64,000 nucleotides of DNA. Source: Antedon mediterranea. Its lineage: Eukaryota > Animalia > Echinodermata. Of the stretch, positions 30,101 to 41,280 are shown in pieces. The position numbers were made by a program, and so were the translations under genes. The notes beneath the pieces are model-generated. The model searched no databases and was not told where the DNA came from. It saw only the letters and a list, made by a program, of their open reading frames with translations. The stretch lies in the NCBI RefSeq assembly GCF_964355755.1, contig NC_092676.1, positions 6,549,888 through 6,613,887 on the forward strand. The letters are read 5' to 3'. Within the stretch, counting starts at the first letter, position 1. Every line of letters starts with the position of its first letter.

Positions 30101-30764
30101 GCCACTCACTCACTGTTTTGTTTAACCACTCGAACTTTAGACCACATCAAAATTGGAATTTATTTAAGATGCAAAATCTGAATGATCAAAAACGTCTTAT
30201 ATATACAAAATGTCTTATAGAGGGCAAAATGGTTTTCAGACAAAAGTTTTGAACTTGAACTTTAAACCGATCAACAACTTAAAAGGTATCTTGGATAATT
30301 AAAACTTCTTTTCTCCTCTAACATTGATGAAAGATATAGAGGGCGCTGTGCCAATTAATACAAAAAATAAAAAGATTTATAAGTGCTGAAGGTGCTTGTG
30401 AAAACCATGGAAAATACAAACCTTGAAATTAAAAACAAAAACATTTTTGAAAAAACCATCTGTTGCTCTTATTTTTATTTATTTGATTAAACTTTGTTTA
30501 ATGAGGATGACTAAAAAAAACAGCAAAAGCTGACATGCATGATGCCCTCAAACACAACTATCTAGTGTTAACTATAAATAATTATAGGTTATGAAATGTT
30601 TATGAAGGAATATTTCTAGCTGTGATTGACAGATTTCAGTTCTAATTTTTTGTTTATACTTTTCTATTTATTGTTTTAGAAGTGATAGTGATGATAACGT
30701 TCACACATCTCTAACGGGATCTCATCGATACCATGACGACACCGACGATGAAACATTCAAGTGA
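11..30764 (+). CDS. TMEM181: Transmembrane protein 181 (spliced gene, 15 coding exons in window, probably 5'-partial)
   Basis: Exons 11-104, 612-679, 821-911, 5154-5278, 8049-8162, 15339-15419, 19142-19241, 19933-20060, 21794-21943, 23256-23358, 23808-23859, 24427-24509, 26598-26687, 28608-28674 and 30680-30764 join in frame (1431 nt, 476 aa + TGA). Peptides MRLYTLTKREFVLVF, FNQQLWLT, EIWFRF, FAHSLRKFTMRDWSIEQKWMSVLLP, LLLFWLCVYHGIR, SAEFLTFYGLLNFYLYT and MLNDSEDEIIYG match recalled vertebrate TMEM181. The frame is open upstream of the ATG (SVQM), so more 5' exons are likely. Confidence 0.95.
612..679 (+). CDS. TMEM181: TMEM181 exon (GPSVQFMESTNATKLGEQNVNIA)
   Basis: tttcag / gtaagt boundaries, phase-compatible. 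Confidence 0.85.
821..911 (+). CDS. TMEM181: TMEM181 exon (TGPFSLRSPAFSRFNQQLWLTALFYIKKGT)
   Basis: ttcgcag / gtaagc; NQQLWLT motif. Confidence 0.92.
1080..1205 (-). mobile_element. Diverged SINE core fragment
   Basis: Similar by eye to 29950-30055 (cctact..cgaaga..tttaa..tgcacatgagc..atccga.aagac). Confidence 0.4.
2584..2691. mobile_element. Degenerate PIF/Harbinger-like MITE, family B
   Basis: AGCTTGCTTTCCAC...GTGAAAACCAAGCT imperfect TIRs, related to 41723-41901. Confidence 0.55.
3140..3446. mobile_element. Partial TTAA-type (Kolobok-like) MITE
   Basis: Body matches 17778-18116 and ends in GACAATACATCT. Confidence 0.6.
4072..4590 (+). mobile_element. 5'-truncated CR1/L2-clade LINE 3' end
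   Basis: ORF 4085-4498 has LQKLQNRAARL..LHWLPV..RITFK..APCYL..WNELP..FKKALKT, typical of the post-RT C-terminus; (TAA)n tail; ATACACTC at both 4064-4071 and 4588-4595 (possible TSD). Confidence 0.85.
4660..4826. mobile_element. PIF/Harbinger-like MITE, family A
   Basis: TIR GCTCTGTCTACA..TATCAAACT; six copies in window. Confidence 0.75.
5154..5278 (+). CDS. TMEM181: TMEM181 exon (GENIEKNFILSVELQGQ...NHTRTLRCRHE)
   Basis: tttgcag / gtaaga; TRTLxC motif. Confidence 0.9.
5667..5811. mobile_element. PIF/Harbinger-like MITE, family B
   Basis: AGCTTGGTTCCCACTA..TAGTGGGAACCAAGC, TTA on both sides. Confidence 0.75.
5771..6707. repeat. Tandem repeat, 104-bp unit x9
   Basis: Unit starts at 5771, 5875, 5983, 6083, 6187, 6291, 6395, 6499, 6603. 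Confidence 0.95.
8049..8162 (+). CDS. TMEM181: TMEM181 exon (GCEELIIFHLGTIEYTSYIVNIRLFGLKEFNVQEITFN)
   Basis: tttcag / gtaagt. Confidence 0.92.
9442..9597. mobile_element. MITE family A, adjacent to a tRNA-SINE head fragment (about 9395-9441)
   Basis: tctgtctaaactatcaaact..agtgtagacagagct; upstream TGGTCTAGTGG and GGTTCAAGTC A/B-box-like motifs. Confidence 0.7.
12548..13122. repeat. Diverged ~300-bp tandem duplication
   Basis: aacaaataaaaatgtaatcaata..agtccatacaga..tacagtgttccaaacggtt..gcatttgcttgtctca present twice (starting about 12551 and 12848). Confidence 0.85.
13187..13347. mobile_element. MITE family B
   Basis: AGTTTGGTTCCCACTAGG..CCTAGTGTGAAACCAAGCT flanked by TAA/TAA. Confidence 0.7.
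13829..14084. mobile_element. MITE family A with an internal ~63-bp triplication
   Basis: ctgatccttctacactat..gtggtatgac repeated three times. Confidence 0.7.
15339..15419 (+). CDS. TMEM181: TMEM181 exon (WRSFNPSFTQVEIWFRFVFLVMTFIVT)
   Basis: tttcag / gtaagt. Confidence 0.95.
16140..16540. repeat. Compound micro/minisatellite of ACACCACAT and ACACCACATGCTCA units
   Basis: Direct reading; source of three overlapping low-complexity ORFs. Confidence 0.95.
17778..18116. mobile_element. Non-autonomous DNA transposon with TTAA TSD (Kolobok-like)
   Basis: TTAA|AGATGTATTGTCCC...GGGACAATACATTT|TTAA. Confidence 0.75.
19142..19241 (+). CDS. TMEM181: TMEM181 exon (CMFAHSLRKFTMRDWSIEQKWMSVLLPLILLYN)
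   Basis: ttttag / gtgagt. Confidence 0.95.
19933..20060 (+). CDS. TMEM181: TMEM181 exon (DPIFALTFLVDS...FWLCVYHGIRQ)
   Basis: ttacag / gtaaga. Confidence 0.95.
20407..20695 (-). mobile_element. Kolobok-like MITE, opposite orientation, one end missing
   Basis: TTAA|AGATGTATTGTCCCC, then reverse complement of the 17778-18116 body. Confidence 0.7.
21794..21943 (+). CDS. TMEM181: TMEM181 exon (SKRKWSTFYLPKIILVGLLW...HDPTYDYRVDSGNYL)
   Basis: ctccag / gtaagt. Confidence 0.93.
22278..22435. mobile_element. MITE family A
   Basis: AGCTCTGTATACACTATTAAACT..AGTTTGATAGTGTAGACTGAGCT. Confidence 0.8.
23256..23358 (+). CDS. TMEM181: TMEM181 exon (AMKIFFFFFGGVYLLYLLFLVIRAFTELRTLPYM)
   Basis: tttcag / gtaagt. 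Confidence 0.93.
23808..23859 (+). CDS. TMEM181: TMEM181 exon (NLRLRFMTMLMLFVVAIS)
   Basis: atacag / gtaaat. Confidence 0.92.
24235..24396. mobile_element. MITE family A with TAA TSD (PIF/Harbinger-like)
   Basis: TAA|AGCTCTGTCTACACTATCAAACT..AGTTTGATAGTGTAAACAGTGCT|TAA. Confidence 0.8.
24427..24509 (+). CDS. TMEM181: TMEM181 exon (FSIVLLRFGIRVLQDNYISQLSTYYKN), ending at an AT-AC U12 donor
   Basis: tttcag acceptor; ATATCCTT donor at 24510. Confidence 0.9.
26017..26218 (+). mobile_element. Penelope-like element remnant (inverted pLTR) carrying a minimal hammerhead motif
   Basis: About 145-bp palindrome 26017-26161 with GACGTTTCG/CGAAACGTC; inserted in an AATAAATAATATACTAT minisatellite. Confidence 0.65.
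26087..26126 (+). ncRNA. Minimal type I hammerhead ribozyme-like motif
   Basis: CTC-CTGAGGA-C-GATCA(aagcatat)TGATC-GAAA-C-GTC-GAG. Confidence 0.6.
26598..26687 (+). CDS. TMEM181: TMEM181 exon (SAEFLTFYGLLNFYLYTMAYVYSPSANAHK)
   Basis: AC acceptor / gtaaga. Confidence 0.92.
28608..28674 (+). CDS. TMEM181: TMEM181 exon (DSYFKENPNFAMLNDSEDEIIYG)
   Basis: tttcag / gtaagt. Confidence 0.93.
29250..30355. repeat. Degenerate ~180-200-bp tandem repeats interrupted by a SINE
   Basis: caacagtattgtt..cttctagcttgaa..aatttatttaagat..tagaggg(c/t)gc recurring. Confidence 0.75.
29868..30131 (-). mobile_element. SINE with conserved central core (Nin/Deu-SINE-like)
   Basis: ccggggtaacccctactc..ggacctatggtttatagtccttatccgagaagact resembles recalled marine-invertebrate SINE cores; family name not verified. 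Confidence 0.55.
30680..30764 (+). CDS. TMEM181: TMEM181 last coding exon (SDSDDNVHTSLTGSHRYHDDTDDETFK*)
   Basis: ttttag acceptor, phase 2, GSD continuation, acidic tail, TGA. Confidence 0.85.
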
Positions 30765-30880
30765 AAATGATTCTTAAAAGACGACTAAATGGCTGCATCA
30801 GTGCAATTACAAAGAAAAGAAACATTCTTTTTACAATGATTCCTTTTTGCTATTTTAATTCCTATTAATTCTATTCATTA

Positions 30881-31031
30881 AACTCTGTCTACACTATCAA
30901 ACTTTATGTGACATGATGATGTCATATCACTACCATATTTGGGCATATCACTACCATATTTGGGCATATCACTACCATATTTAGGCATATCACTACTATA
31001 TTTGATTCAGTTTGATAGTGTAGACAGAGCT
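30881..31031. mobile_element. MITE family A about 115 nt after the TMEM181 stop (probable 3'UTR)
   Basis: ctctgtctacactatcaaact..agtttgatagtgtagacagagct. Confidence 0.8.
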
Positions 31032-32422
31032 TAAAACAATAATATTAAGATTTGAAAAAAAAAAGTTAAAAATTGCATTAAAAAGGCTAAATATTTTGTT
31101 GATATTTGTTTTTTTTTAAATAAATTTTTTATGAAACAATTTTAGCTAAATACTTTGAAGACGATTGTATAATTTGGATTTTTAAAAATTTATTTCATTA
31201 TTTCTTTATTAATTATTTGGTTCGATACATTTTCTTTATAATTTGTCCAGTAATGCGTTATGAAATCGAAAAGACCACTATTTATCCATTAAGCAAATGA
31301 AAACTAAATATTTATATATCATTAATATATCTCTGGTTTATAGCCTATCCTAAGGGTTATTTCCTGAATTATTTTGAAATATAAAACAAAATAGTTGTTT
31401 TTATTGGAAATTTCACTTTTGAAAACCATGGTACACGGTAAAATGATGCATTCACAAAGATGAAAATATAAGATAACAATAGAAATATAAGTAACAATTA
31501 ATAAAAAATAAAAAAATGTTGTTGTGTATAAACTAATTATCCATTTGAATTTGCTATGATAGTATTGTCTATCTATCTATTCCACCAGATTGTAAATTTT
31601 ACAATTTTAAAAGCAAATATTTAGTTCACTTCTGACATGCCAGGAAAGTTCTTCCCTAAAGTAGTTATATTCAGAGATATTGAACATGCTTCAAATGGGT
31701 GTAGACTACTATAACTCCTTAAGCACATGGGCTTATAACTGAAGTAATAATATGGTATATTATATGTTTTGTGCTGATAATATTTAAGAAATAAACCCCA
31801 CCTTAGCAATTAGCATGGTAACTATAAACAATATTACAAACATTGTTCATTATTCTCAAATTTAAATCGTCATGTATGAATAATTTTGGCATTTGCATAA
31901 AAAAGTTTAATTAATTCTGTTAAAAAAAATGTTTAAATCTAATAATTCTTAAAAAAAATTAAAAGTTTATTATTATTAATATGAGGCTACTGTATACATT
32001 GGCTTATCTGAGGAGATCTATTTTCGCGGATTCCTCGCTATATAAGCAGTGCTAGTAGATATTTTGCGAACAGTTTGAGGAGCTCGTTTAAGCTAACAGT
32101 CAAATATGACTTTGTTTTTATGTATAATTTCTAGATTTTATGTTTTGTGATAGGCAGATAAAATTTCTTTCATTGCCTCGTCGATGAAGCAACAACGTTT
32201 TAGTACATTTATATCTAGAATTTTTATCAATTCGTTTAATTTTTATCAATATTTTGTTTGTAAATATTTATATCACTTAAGTTGATTTTTTTTAAATACT
32301 TTAATAGTTTATTTATCTCCATTTAACAAAAAAAAAATCTGCAATTATTTAATATATTGTTTCTGTAAGCATGTAAATAATAATGATATGATCTGTATAT
32401 TTATGAACTGATAAAAGCATTA

Positions 32423-32623
32423 GGAACCATGTCAAAATTATTCTGCTGCAGTTACTCCAGTAACTACCTTTTTCCTTTGCAATAATGTATGATTTTAATT
32501 TTCTTCAATGTACAAACGTGTGCATGATTTCCAAAAAAAAAATTGCTAAATAATTACATAAACAGGTTAATGACAAAATGCAGTTACTGCAGTAAATGCA
32601 GTAGAATAATTTTGACATGATTC
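32423..32623. mobile_element. MITE family C (other pieces near 1929, 5530, 12800, 13080, 22612)
   Basis: CATGTCAAAATTATTCT(G/A)CTGCA inverted termini. Confidence 0.6.
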
Positions 32624-34887
32624 TTTACTATTAGAAATCTATTGATTAAGGTAGAAACGTTTTACACATTCCTATTCAGGTATATTGAGGTTTATTTATG
32701 TGTGGGTGATTTTTTCTTATTATGTATAATGCCCTAATTTCGACAATAGTATATAGTTTATTATAATTATATGAGAGCAATGCAGAAGCTGATTCCAAAC
32801 GGTAATTCCGATTAATATTCGTAAAAAGCAAACACATTTTTGCACAAATGCCGTGTCATACTTATACTTGCGCAATCACAACGCCGCCCGCTGTTGGCCC
32901 TCGTAAATAAATGAATACAACAAACCAATAAAATAGGGACACAGGGCCAATTCAACTGTATACTGTACGTTACATTCTATAAAATGTACAGTTTGTAAAA
33001 TAGTTTGACGTCCGGTCTAGATTGGTTAATGTTCGTTTTGCCGATCTGCGTTCACACGTAGGTCTACGCACAGAATACTGCAGTAAATTATGCAGTATCT
33101 GCAAGTGCAACAAACACTATAGGCCTAATGTGAATTATTGTTGAGTTTCTGAAATGAATTAATTGGAAATTCAATCAAAATATATTACATCAAACGTTTT
33201 CAGTAAAAACCAACCATTACTGTAGTTTCTGATTATTAAGGCATTCCAAGTCTATTAAAACCTTGTTCATTTTATGTCATCTAAGAGGGTAACCCTTCCA
33301 GTTTAGCCCAGTGAGTTAACAGATATCCAGGGGCCCTCTTTAATAACAATTAAAATCTTTCTTTCAAATTGATTGTTTTACCTCCATTATTGTTTAATTA
33401 ATTTGAAAATATTTATTTGAAAATGTGTTTATGAAAGTAGAATAGAATATATTGAATATGAACAAATTGATTTCTCTACTTTTTTCTGAATATTATTATT
33501 TTGTTTTTAATTTGTAAATAAACTCGAAGTATTGTATTACATTAAATTGTATTCCAGACATACGGTATTAGCCATGTATCACTAAATGCCACTAAGTTAT
33601 TTGATGCTCTTTGTTTTTCGCACAACATAGGGCCTACATTGTAGGGCCTAATGATACCATACTTCCAAAATATGTTTTGGTTCCGATCTCCAGTTTTTGA
33701 CTTTGCAAAGATTTGTTTTGTTTATTTTTATTTTTTTTTACAATTATAAAATTCTTACATTCAAAACTTGGAGTGTATTTCTTTCAAGTAATTCTTTCAA
33801 ATAATTTCTTACCCTCCTCTTATTGGCGAATTTCTTTTTGCTGTTGGTTGGGTTTGGAAATAAAATAAAACAAGTAGGCCTATAGTGTGTTCCGTTTTTG
33901 GTCGTTTATTCAAATGAACAGAATGTTAACGTCATCCGTTTAATACGTGCTCGTGCGTAAACCCTATTTTTCGTTTGTTTCTTGTATTCATTCCGATATG
34001 ACGCTCTGTTTTATTTCCGAGATTTATTTATAGGATTACATAGGACTACATATATTGTCTTCCCGTAATTATTTAGGGAAACTACTAAACTGACAGTAAT
34101 AAAGATGAATAATAAGAAATAAAGTTGTATAGTTTACGTATACATTTATTTTAATCATAATGTAAATATTTAAAATGTACTATTAATGTTTTTGATTTAT
34201 AATTTTTTTTATTACCATATTCATCTTCGTCATCATCTTTATCAATATCATCCTCACAACTACCATTATTCGCATCGTATCTGTATCTGTTTCTGTTGAC
34301 GTATAATTCATTTGAAATCTTACGTGTATATAAGCAAGTTTCTATAGAAAACAATGGCCCTGTAGGTACGTTTAAACTATTATCGTCTACTTACCTATTT
34401 ATACTTACATTTATATTCCTGAGTGATAGGCTACATAGTATTTAAAAAAACTATATTGGATATTTTTATTTCATATTTGGTAAACGGTAATGATAAAATG
34501 TGCTATTATTAAACAAAATATCACTAGTAAACGGGGCGAATTTATAGTTTCATTTACTGGGTACTATTATTTCCAATTGATTGTGGTTTACAACGAAAAC
34601 CGGTTAATGCAATAGGACCTCTCTTAAGAGAACACATTTTTGACCCATCGAAGTATGTCCTTGATAAGATTGACCCTATTATATAACCGTATCACATTAT
34701 TCCCCTTTCGTTCGTTCCTCTCACTGGAAGTGTCCCTTTAGGAATGTCCCATAAATAGAGATGTTAAAAGGGTCACGTGTTCTACTATACTGTATTTGCC
34801 ATTATCGATGTAATCTCAGTTGTCTATGTTTGTTTACGTTCATATCGATTTGGTTTCTCAATTATATAAGTTATCCATGACCATTGA

Positions 34888-35119
34888 AGATGTATTGTCC
34901 TCCTGAAAAATAATTATAACTAAATTTTTGTTGAATATGCCATTTTAATGTAACATAATGGTAATTCACTTTGACCAAAAATTGGATCGAAAAAAAATGT
35001 TTTTACCTGAAAAAATTGTCATTTCATTTTCTACATAGTGCTTAACTTGTATAAAATATCCTATTCAAAGTCTGATTTAATTTATCTTCATTTTTCATGT
35101 TTTTGGGGACAATACATCT
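34888..35119. mobile_element. Kolobok-like MITE within the 1.73-kb unit (one per copy)
   Basis: AGATGTATTGTCC..GGGACAATACATCT|TTAA. Confidence 0.7.
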
Positions 35120-35364
35120 TTAACAATATAATTATATTTCATAAAAGCATCCGTTGTTTACAATGCATTCTATGTAGACAATAATTTAATATTTTTCTTC
35201 CGTGTTTCAGTCATTAAGTTTCATTTTGGTTTCATAAGTACTTACGTTTAAACATAAGATTCAATAGACAGAACGTTGCTACTGAGTGAGTCAATAAACT
35301 TGTGACGAAAAAAAATGTCGTTTTCGTAAGCCGTTTAATTTCTCCCGTGCTCAAACTCAATATA

Positions 35365-36100
35365 AAACGTATTAATTCGGTAACCGCCGCTCTTCTTGAC
35401 AATGTCTTTACTAATGTAATCACACATCCTATCCAATCTGGTGTGTTTATATGGGATGTTACAGACCATTACCCTGTTTTTCAAATCACAAATTCCCTGA
35501 AAGTTAAACACAAAAGTAATATTGGATACACACGATCACGGTCATTTAAACAACAAAATATATATCGCTTCATAGACACGATACAAACAACTGAACAATG
35601 TACTTCAAGAACAATCGCCTGAAATAGCATATAATATATTTTCAGACAAGATTACAAACACATACTGTACAATACAAAAGAAAATATTTAGACTCTGTAC
35701 AAACTCATCCTGGCTGGCCCATACTGCACCCTTATTTTTAAAATTAAAAACTTTAACAATCTATGATATTCATAAATTACAAAAAGCAATTCTTATGTTT
35801 AATTTTGTTAATAATAATCTACCAAGTAATTTCAATACTTTTTGGGCTAGGGTAAAAGAAACACATTGTCATAATACAAGAACATTAAATGATTTGCGTT
35901 CTCATAATTTCAGAACAGACCTGGGAATGAATACCATTAAACGGCAAGGACCTATATTGTGGAATGATATAAGCAATTTTATTAAGAACCAATGTACCTT
36001 AAGTTTATTTAAGAAGACATTTATTCACAGTTATTATCAACGTATCAGTAATTTTATGTTATATTATTTAATTAGTCGAGTAACATTATTTAAGTTTACT
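35365..36100 (+). mobile_element. Internally deleted, frameshifted CR1/L2-like LINE (endonuclease tail + C-terminus), repeated in each unit
   Basis: LLDNVFTN..SGV..DVTDHYPVF (APE endonuclease C-terminal motifs) followed by NNNLP..HNTR..GPILWNDI..FKK. Confidence 0.7.
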
Positions 36101-39100
36101 TAAACAATATATATATATACACACAAGAGGCAAAGAACATTAATTCTAAACCGCCCGGTGATATACTAAAATTTAATTAATTAATTTGAAACGATAAAGA
36201 TGAGGAAATCTGTGAGAATGAGAAAAATGTGCTATTATTAAACAAAATATCAGTAGTAAACGGGGCGAATTTATAGTTTCATTTACTGGGTACGATTATT
36301 TCCAATTGATTGTGGTTTACAACGAAAACCGGTTAATGCAATAGGACCTCTCTTAAGAGAACACATTTTTGACCCGTCGAAGTATGTCCTTGATAAGATT
36401 GACCCTATTATATAACCGTATCACATTATTCCCCTTTCGTTCGTTCCTCTCACTGGAAGTGTCCCTTTAGGAGTGTCCCATAAATAGAGATGTTAAAAGG
36501 GACACGGGTTCTACTGCATTTGCCATTATCGATGTAATCTCAGTTGTCTATGTGTGTTTACGTTCATATCGAATTGGTTTCTCAATTATATAAGTTATCC
36601 ATGACCATTGAAGATGTATTGTCCTCCTGAAAAATAATTGTAACTAAATTTTTGTTGAATATGCCATTTTAATGTAACATAATGGTAATTCACTTTGACC
36701 AAAAATTGGATCGAAAAAAAATGTTTTTACCTGAAAAAATTGTCATTTCATTTTCTACATAGTGCTTAACTTGTATAAAATATCCTATTCAAAGTGTGAT
36801 TTAATTTATCATCATTTTTCATGTTTTTGGGGACAATACATCTTTAACAATATAATTATATTTCATAAAAGCATCCGTTGTTTACAATGCATTCTATGTA
36901 GACAATAATTTAATATTTTTCTTCCGTGTTTCAGTCATTAAGTTTCATTTTGGTTTCATAAGTACTTACGTTTAAACATAAGATTCAATAGACAGAACGT
37001 TGCTACTGAGTGAGTCAATAAACTTGTGACGAAAAAAAATGTCGTTTTCGTAAGCCGTTTAATTTCTCCCGTGCTCAAACTCAATATAAAACGTATTAAT
37101 TCGGTAACCGCCGCTCTTCTTGACAATGTCTTTACTAATGTAATCACACATCCTATCCAATCTGGTGTGTTTATATGGGATGTTACAGACCATTACCCTG
37201 TTTTTCAAATCACAAATTCCCTGAAAGTTAAACACAAAAGTAATATTGGATACACACGATCACGGTCATTTAAACAACAAAATATATATCGCTTCATAGA
37301 CACGATACAAACAACTGAACAATGTACTTCAAGAACAATCGCCTGAAATAGCATATAATATATTTTCAGACAAGATTACAAACACATACTGTACAATACA
37401 AAAGAAAATATTTAGACTCTGTACAAACTCATCCTGGCTGGCCCATACTGCACCCTTATTTTTAAAATTAAAAACTTTAACAATCTATGATATTCATAAA
37501 TTACAAAAAGCAATTCTTATGTTTAATTTTGTTAATAATAATCTACCAAGTAATTTCAATACTTTTTGGGCTAGGGTAAAAGAAACACATTGTCATAATA
37601 CAAGAACATTAAATGATTTGCGTTCTCATAATTTCAGAACAGACCTGGGAATGAATACCATTAAACGGCAAGGACCTATATTGTGGAATGATATAAGCAA
37701 TTTTATTAAGAACCAATGTACCTTAAGTTTATTTAAGAAGACATTTATTCACAGTTATTATCAACGTATCAGTAATTTTATGTTATATTATTTAATTAGT
37801 CGAGTAACATTATTTAAGTTTACTTAAACAATATATATATATACACACAAGAGGCAAAGAACATTAATTCTAAACCGCCCGGTGATATACTAAAATTTAA
37901 TTAATTAATTTGAAACGATAAAGATGAGGAAATCTGTGAGAATGAGAAAAATGTGCTATTATTAAACAAAATATCAGTAGTAAACGGGGCGAATTTATAG
38001 TTTCATTTACTGGGTACGATTATTTCCAATTGATTGTGGTTTACAACGAAAACCGGTTAATGCAATAGGACCTCTCTTAAGAGAACACATTTTTGACCCG
38101 TCGAAGTATGTCCTTGATAAGATTGACCCTATTATATAACCGTATCACATTATTCCCCTTTCGTTCGTTCCTCTCACTGGAAGTGTCCCTTTAGGAGTGT
38201 CCCATAAATAGAGATGTTAAAAGGGACACGGGTTCTACTGCATTTGCCATTATCGATGTAATCTCAGTTGTCTATGTGTGTTTACGTTCATATCGAATTG
38301 GTTTCTCAATTATATAAGTTATCCATGACCATTGAAGATGTATTGTCCTCCTGAAAAATAATTGTAACTAAATTTTTGTTGAATATGCCATTTTAATGTA
38401 ACATAATGGTAATTCACTTTGACCAAAAATTGGATCGAAAAAAAATGTTTTTACCTGAAAAAATTGTCATTTCATTTTCTACATAGTGCTTAACTTGTAT
38501 AAAATATCCTATTCAAAGTGTGATTTAATTTATCATCATTTTTCATGTTTTTGGGGACAATACATCTTTAACAATATAATTATATTTCATAAAAGCATCC
38601 GTTGTTTACAATGCATTCTATGTAGACAATAATTTAATATTTTTCTTCCGTGTTTCAGTCATTAAGTTTCATTTTGGTTTCATAAGTACTTACGTTTAAA
38701 CATAAGATTCAATAGACAGAACGTTGCTACTGAGTGAGTCAATAAACTTGTGACGAAAAAAATGTCGTTTTCGTAAGCCGTTTAATTTCTCCCGTGCTCA
38801 AACTCAATATAAAACGTATTAATTCGGTAACCGCCGCTCTTCTTGACAATGTCTCTTGACAATGTCTTTACTAATGTAATCACACATCCTATCCAATCTG
38901 GTGTGTTTATATGGGATGTTACAGACCATTACCCTGTTTTTCAAATCACAAATTCCCTGAAAGTTAAACACAAAAGTAATATTGGATACACACGATCACG
39001 GTCATTTAAACAACAAAATATATATCTCTTCATAGACACGATACAAACAACTGAACAATGTACTTCAAGAACAATCGCCTGAAATAGCCTATAATATATT

Positions 39101-41280
39101 TTCAGACAAGATTACAAACACATACTGTACAATACAAAAGAAAATAATTAGACTCTGTACAAACTCATCCTGGCTGGCCCATACTGCACCCTTATTTAAA
39201 AAAAAAAAACTTTAACAATCTATGATATTCATAAATTACAAAAAGCAATTCTTATGTTTAATTTTGTTAATAATAATCTACCAAGTAATTTCAATACTTT
39301 TTGGGCTAGGGTAAAAAAAACACATTGTCATAATACAAGAACATTAAATGATTTGCGTCCTCATAATTTCAGAATAGACCTGGGAATGAATACCATTAAA
39401 CGGCAAGGACCTATATTGTGGAATGATATAAGCAATTTTATTAAGAACCAATGTACCTTAAGTTTATTTAAGAAGACATTTATTCACAGTTTATTATCAA
39501 CGTATCAGTAATTTTATGTTATATTATTTAATTAGTCGAGTAACATTATTTAAGTTTACTTAAACAATATATATATATACACACAAGAGGCAAAGAACAT
39601 TAATTCTAAACCGCCCGGTGATATACTAAAATTTAATTAATTAATTTGAAACGATAAAGATGAGGAAATCTGTGAGAATGAGAAAAATGTGCTATTATTA
39701 AACAAAATATCAGTAGTAAACGGGGCGAATTTATAGTTTCATTTACTGGGTACGATTATTTCCAATTGATTGTGGTTTACAACGAAAACCGGTTAATGCA
39801 ATAGGACCTCTCTTAAGAGAACACATTTTTGACCCGTCGAAGTATGTCCTTGATAAGATTGACCCTATTATATAACCGTATCACATTATTCCCCTTTCGT
39901 TCGTTCCTCTCACTGGAAGTGTCCCTTTAGGAATGTCCCATAAATAGAGATGTTAAAAGGGACACGGGTTCTACTGCATTTGCCATTATCGATGTAATCT
40001 CAGTTGTCTGTTTGTTTACGTTCATATCGAATTGGTTTCTCAATTATATAAGTTATCCATGACCATTGAAGATGTATTGTCCTCCTGAAAAATAATTGTA
40101 ACTAAATTTTTTTTTAATATGCCATTTTAATGTAACATAATGGTAATTCACTTTGGCCAAAAATTGGATCGAAAAAAAATGTTTTTACCTGAAAAAATTG
40201 TCATTTCATTTTCTACATAGTGCTTAACTTGTATAAAATATCCTATTCAAAGTCTGATTTAATTTATCTTCATTTTTCATGTTTTTGGGGACAATACATC
40301 TTTAACAATATAATTATATTTCATAAAAGCATCCGTTGTTTACAATGCATTCTATGTAGACAATAATTTAATATTTTTCTTCCGTGTTTCAGTCATTAAG
40401 TTTCATTTTGGTTTCATAAGTACTTACGTTTAAACATAAGATTCAATAGACAGAACGTTGCTACTGAGTGAGTCAATAAACTTGTGACGAAAAAAATGTC
40501 GTTTTCGTAAGCCGTTTAATTTCTCCCGTGCTCAAACTCAATATAAAACGTATTAATTCGGTAACCGCCGCTCTTCTTGACAATGTCTTTACTAATGTAA
40601 TCACACATCCTATCCAATCTGGTGTGTTTATATGGGATGTTACAGACCATTACCCTGTTTTTCAAATCACAAATTCCCTGAAAGTTAAACACAAAAGTAA
40701 TATTGGATACACACGATCACGGTCATTTAAACAACAAAATATATATCGCTTCATAGACACGATACAAACAACTGAACAATGTACTTCAAGAACAATCGCC
40801 TGAAATAGCATATAATATATTTTCAGACAAGATTACAAACACATACTGTACAATACAAAAGAAAATAATTAGACTCTGTACAAACTCATCCTGGCTGGCC
40901 CATACTGCACCCTTATTTTTAAAATTAAAAACTTTAACAATCTATGATATTCAATACAAAAAGCAATTTTTATGTTTAATTTTGTTAATAATAATCTACC
41001 AAGTAATTTCAATACTTTTTGGGCTAGGGTAAAAGAAACACATTGTCATAATACAAGAACATTAAATGATTTGCGTTCTCATAATTTCAGAACAGACCTG
41101 GGAATGAATACCATTAAACGGCAAGAACCTATATTGTGGAATGATATAAGCAATTTTATTAAGAACCAATGTACCTTAAGTTTATTTAAGAAGACATTTA
41201 TTCACAGTTTATTATCAACGTATCAGTAATTTTATGTTATATTATTTAATTAGTCGAGTAACATTATTTAAGTTTACTTA

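Noticed and set aside
34151-34354. Acidic 67-aa minus-strand ORF
   Set aside because: Low-complexity GAT/GAC-rich sequence with a non-ATG start; no support.
35232-41229. Tandem small-gene family (106 aa / 85-102 aa ORFs)
   Set aside because: Frameshifted LINE fragments copied by the tandem duplication.
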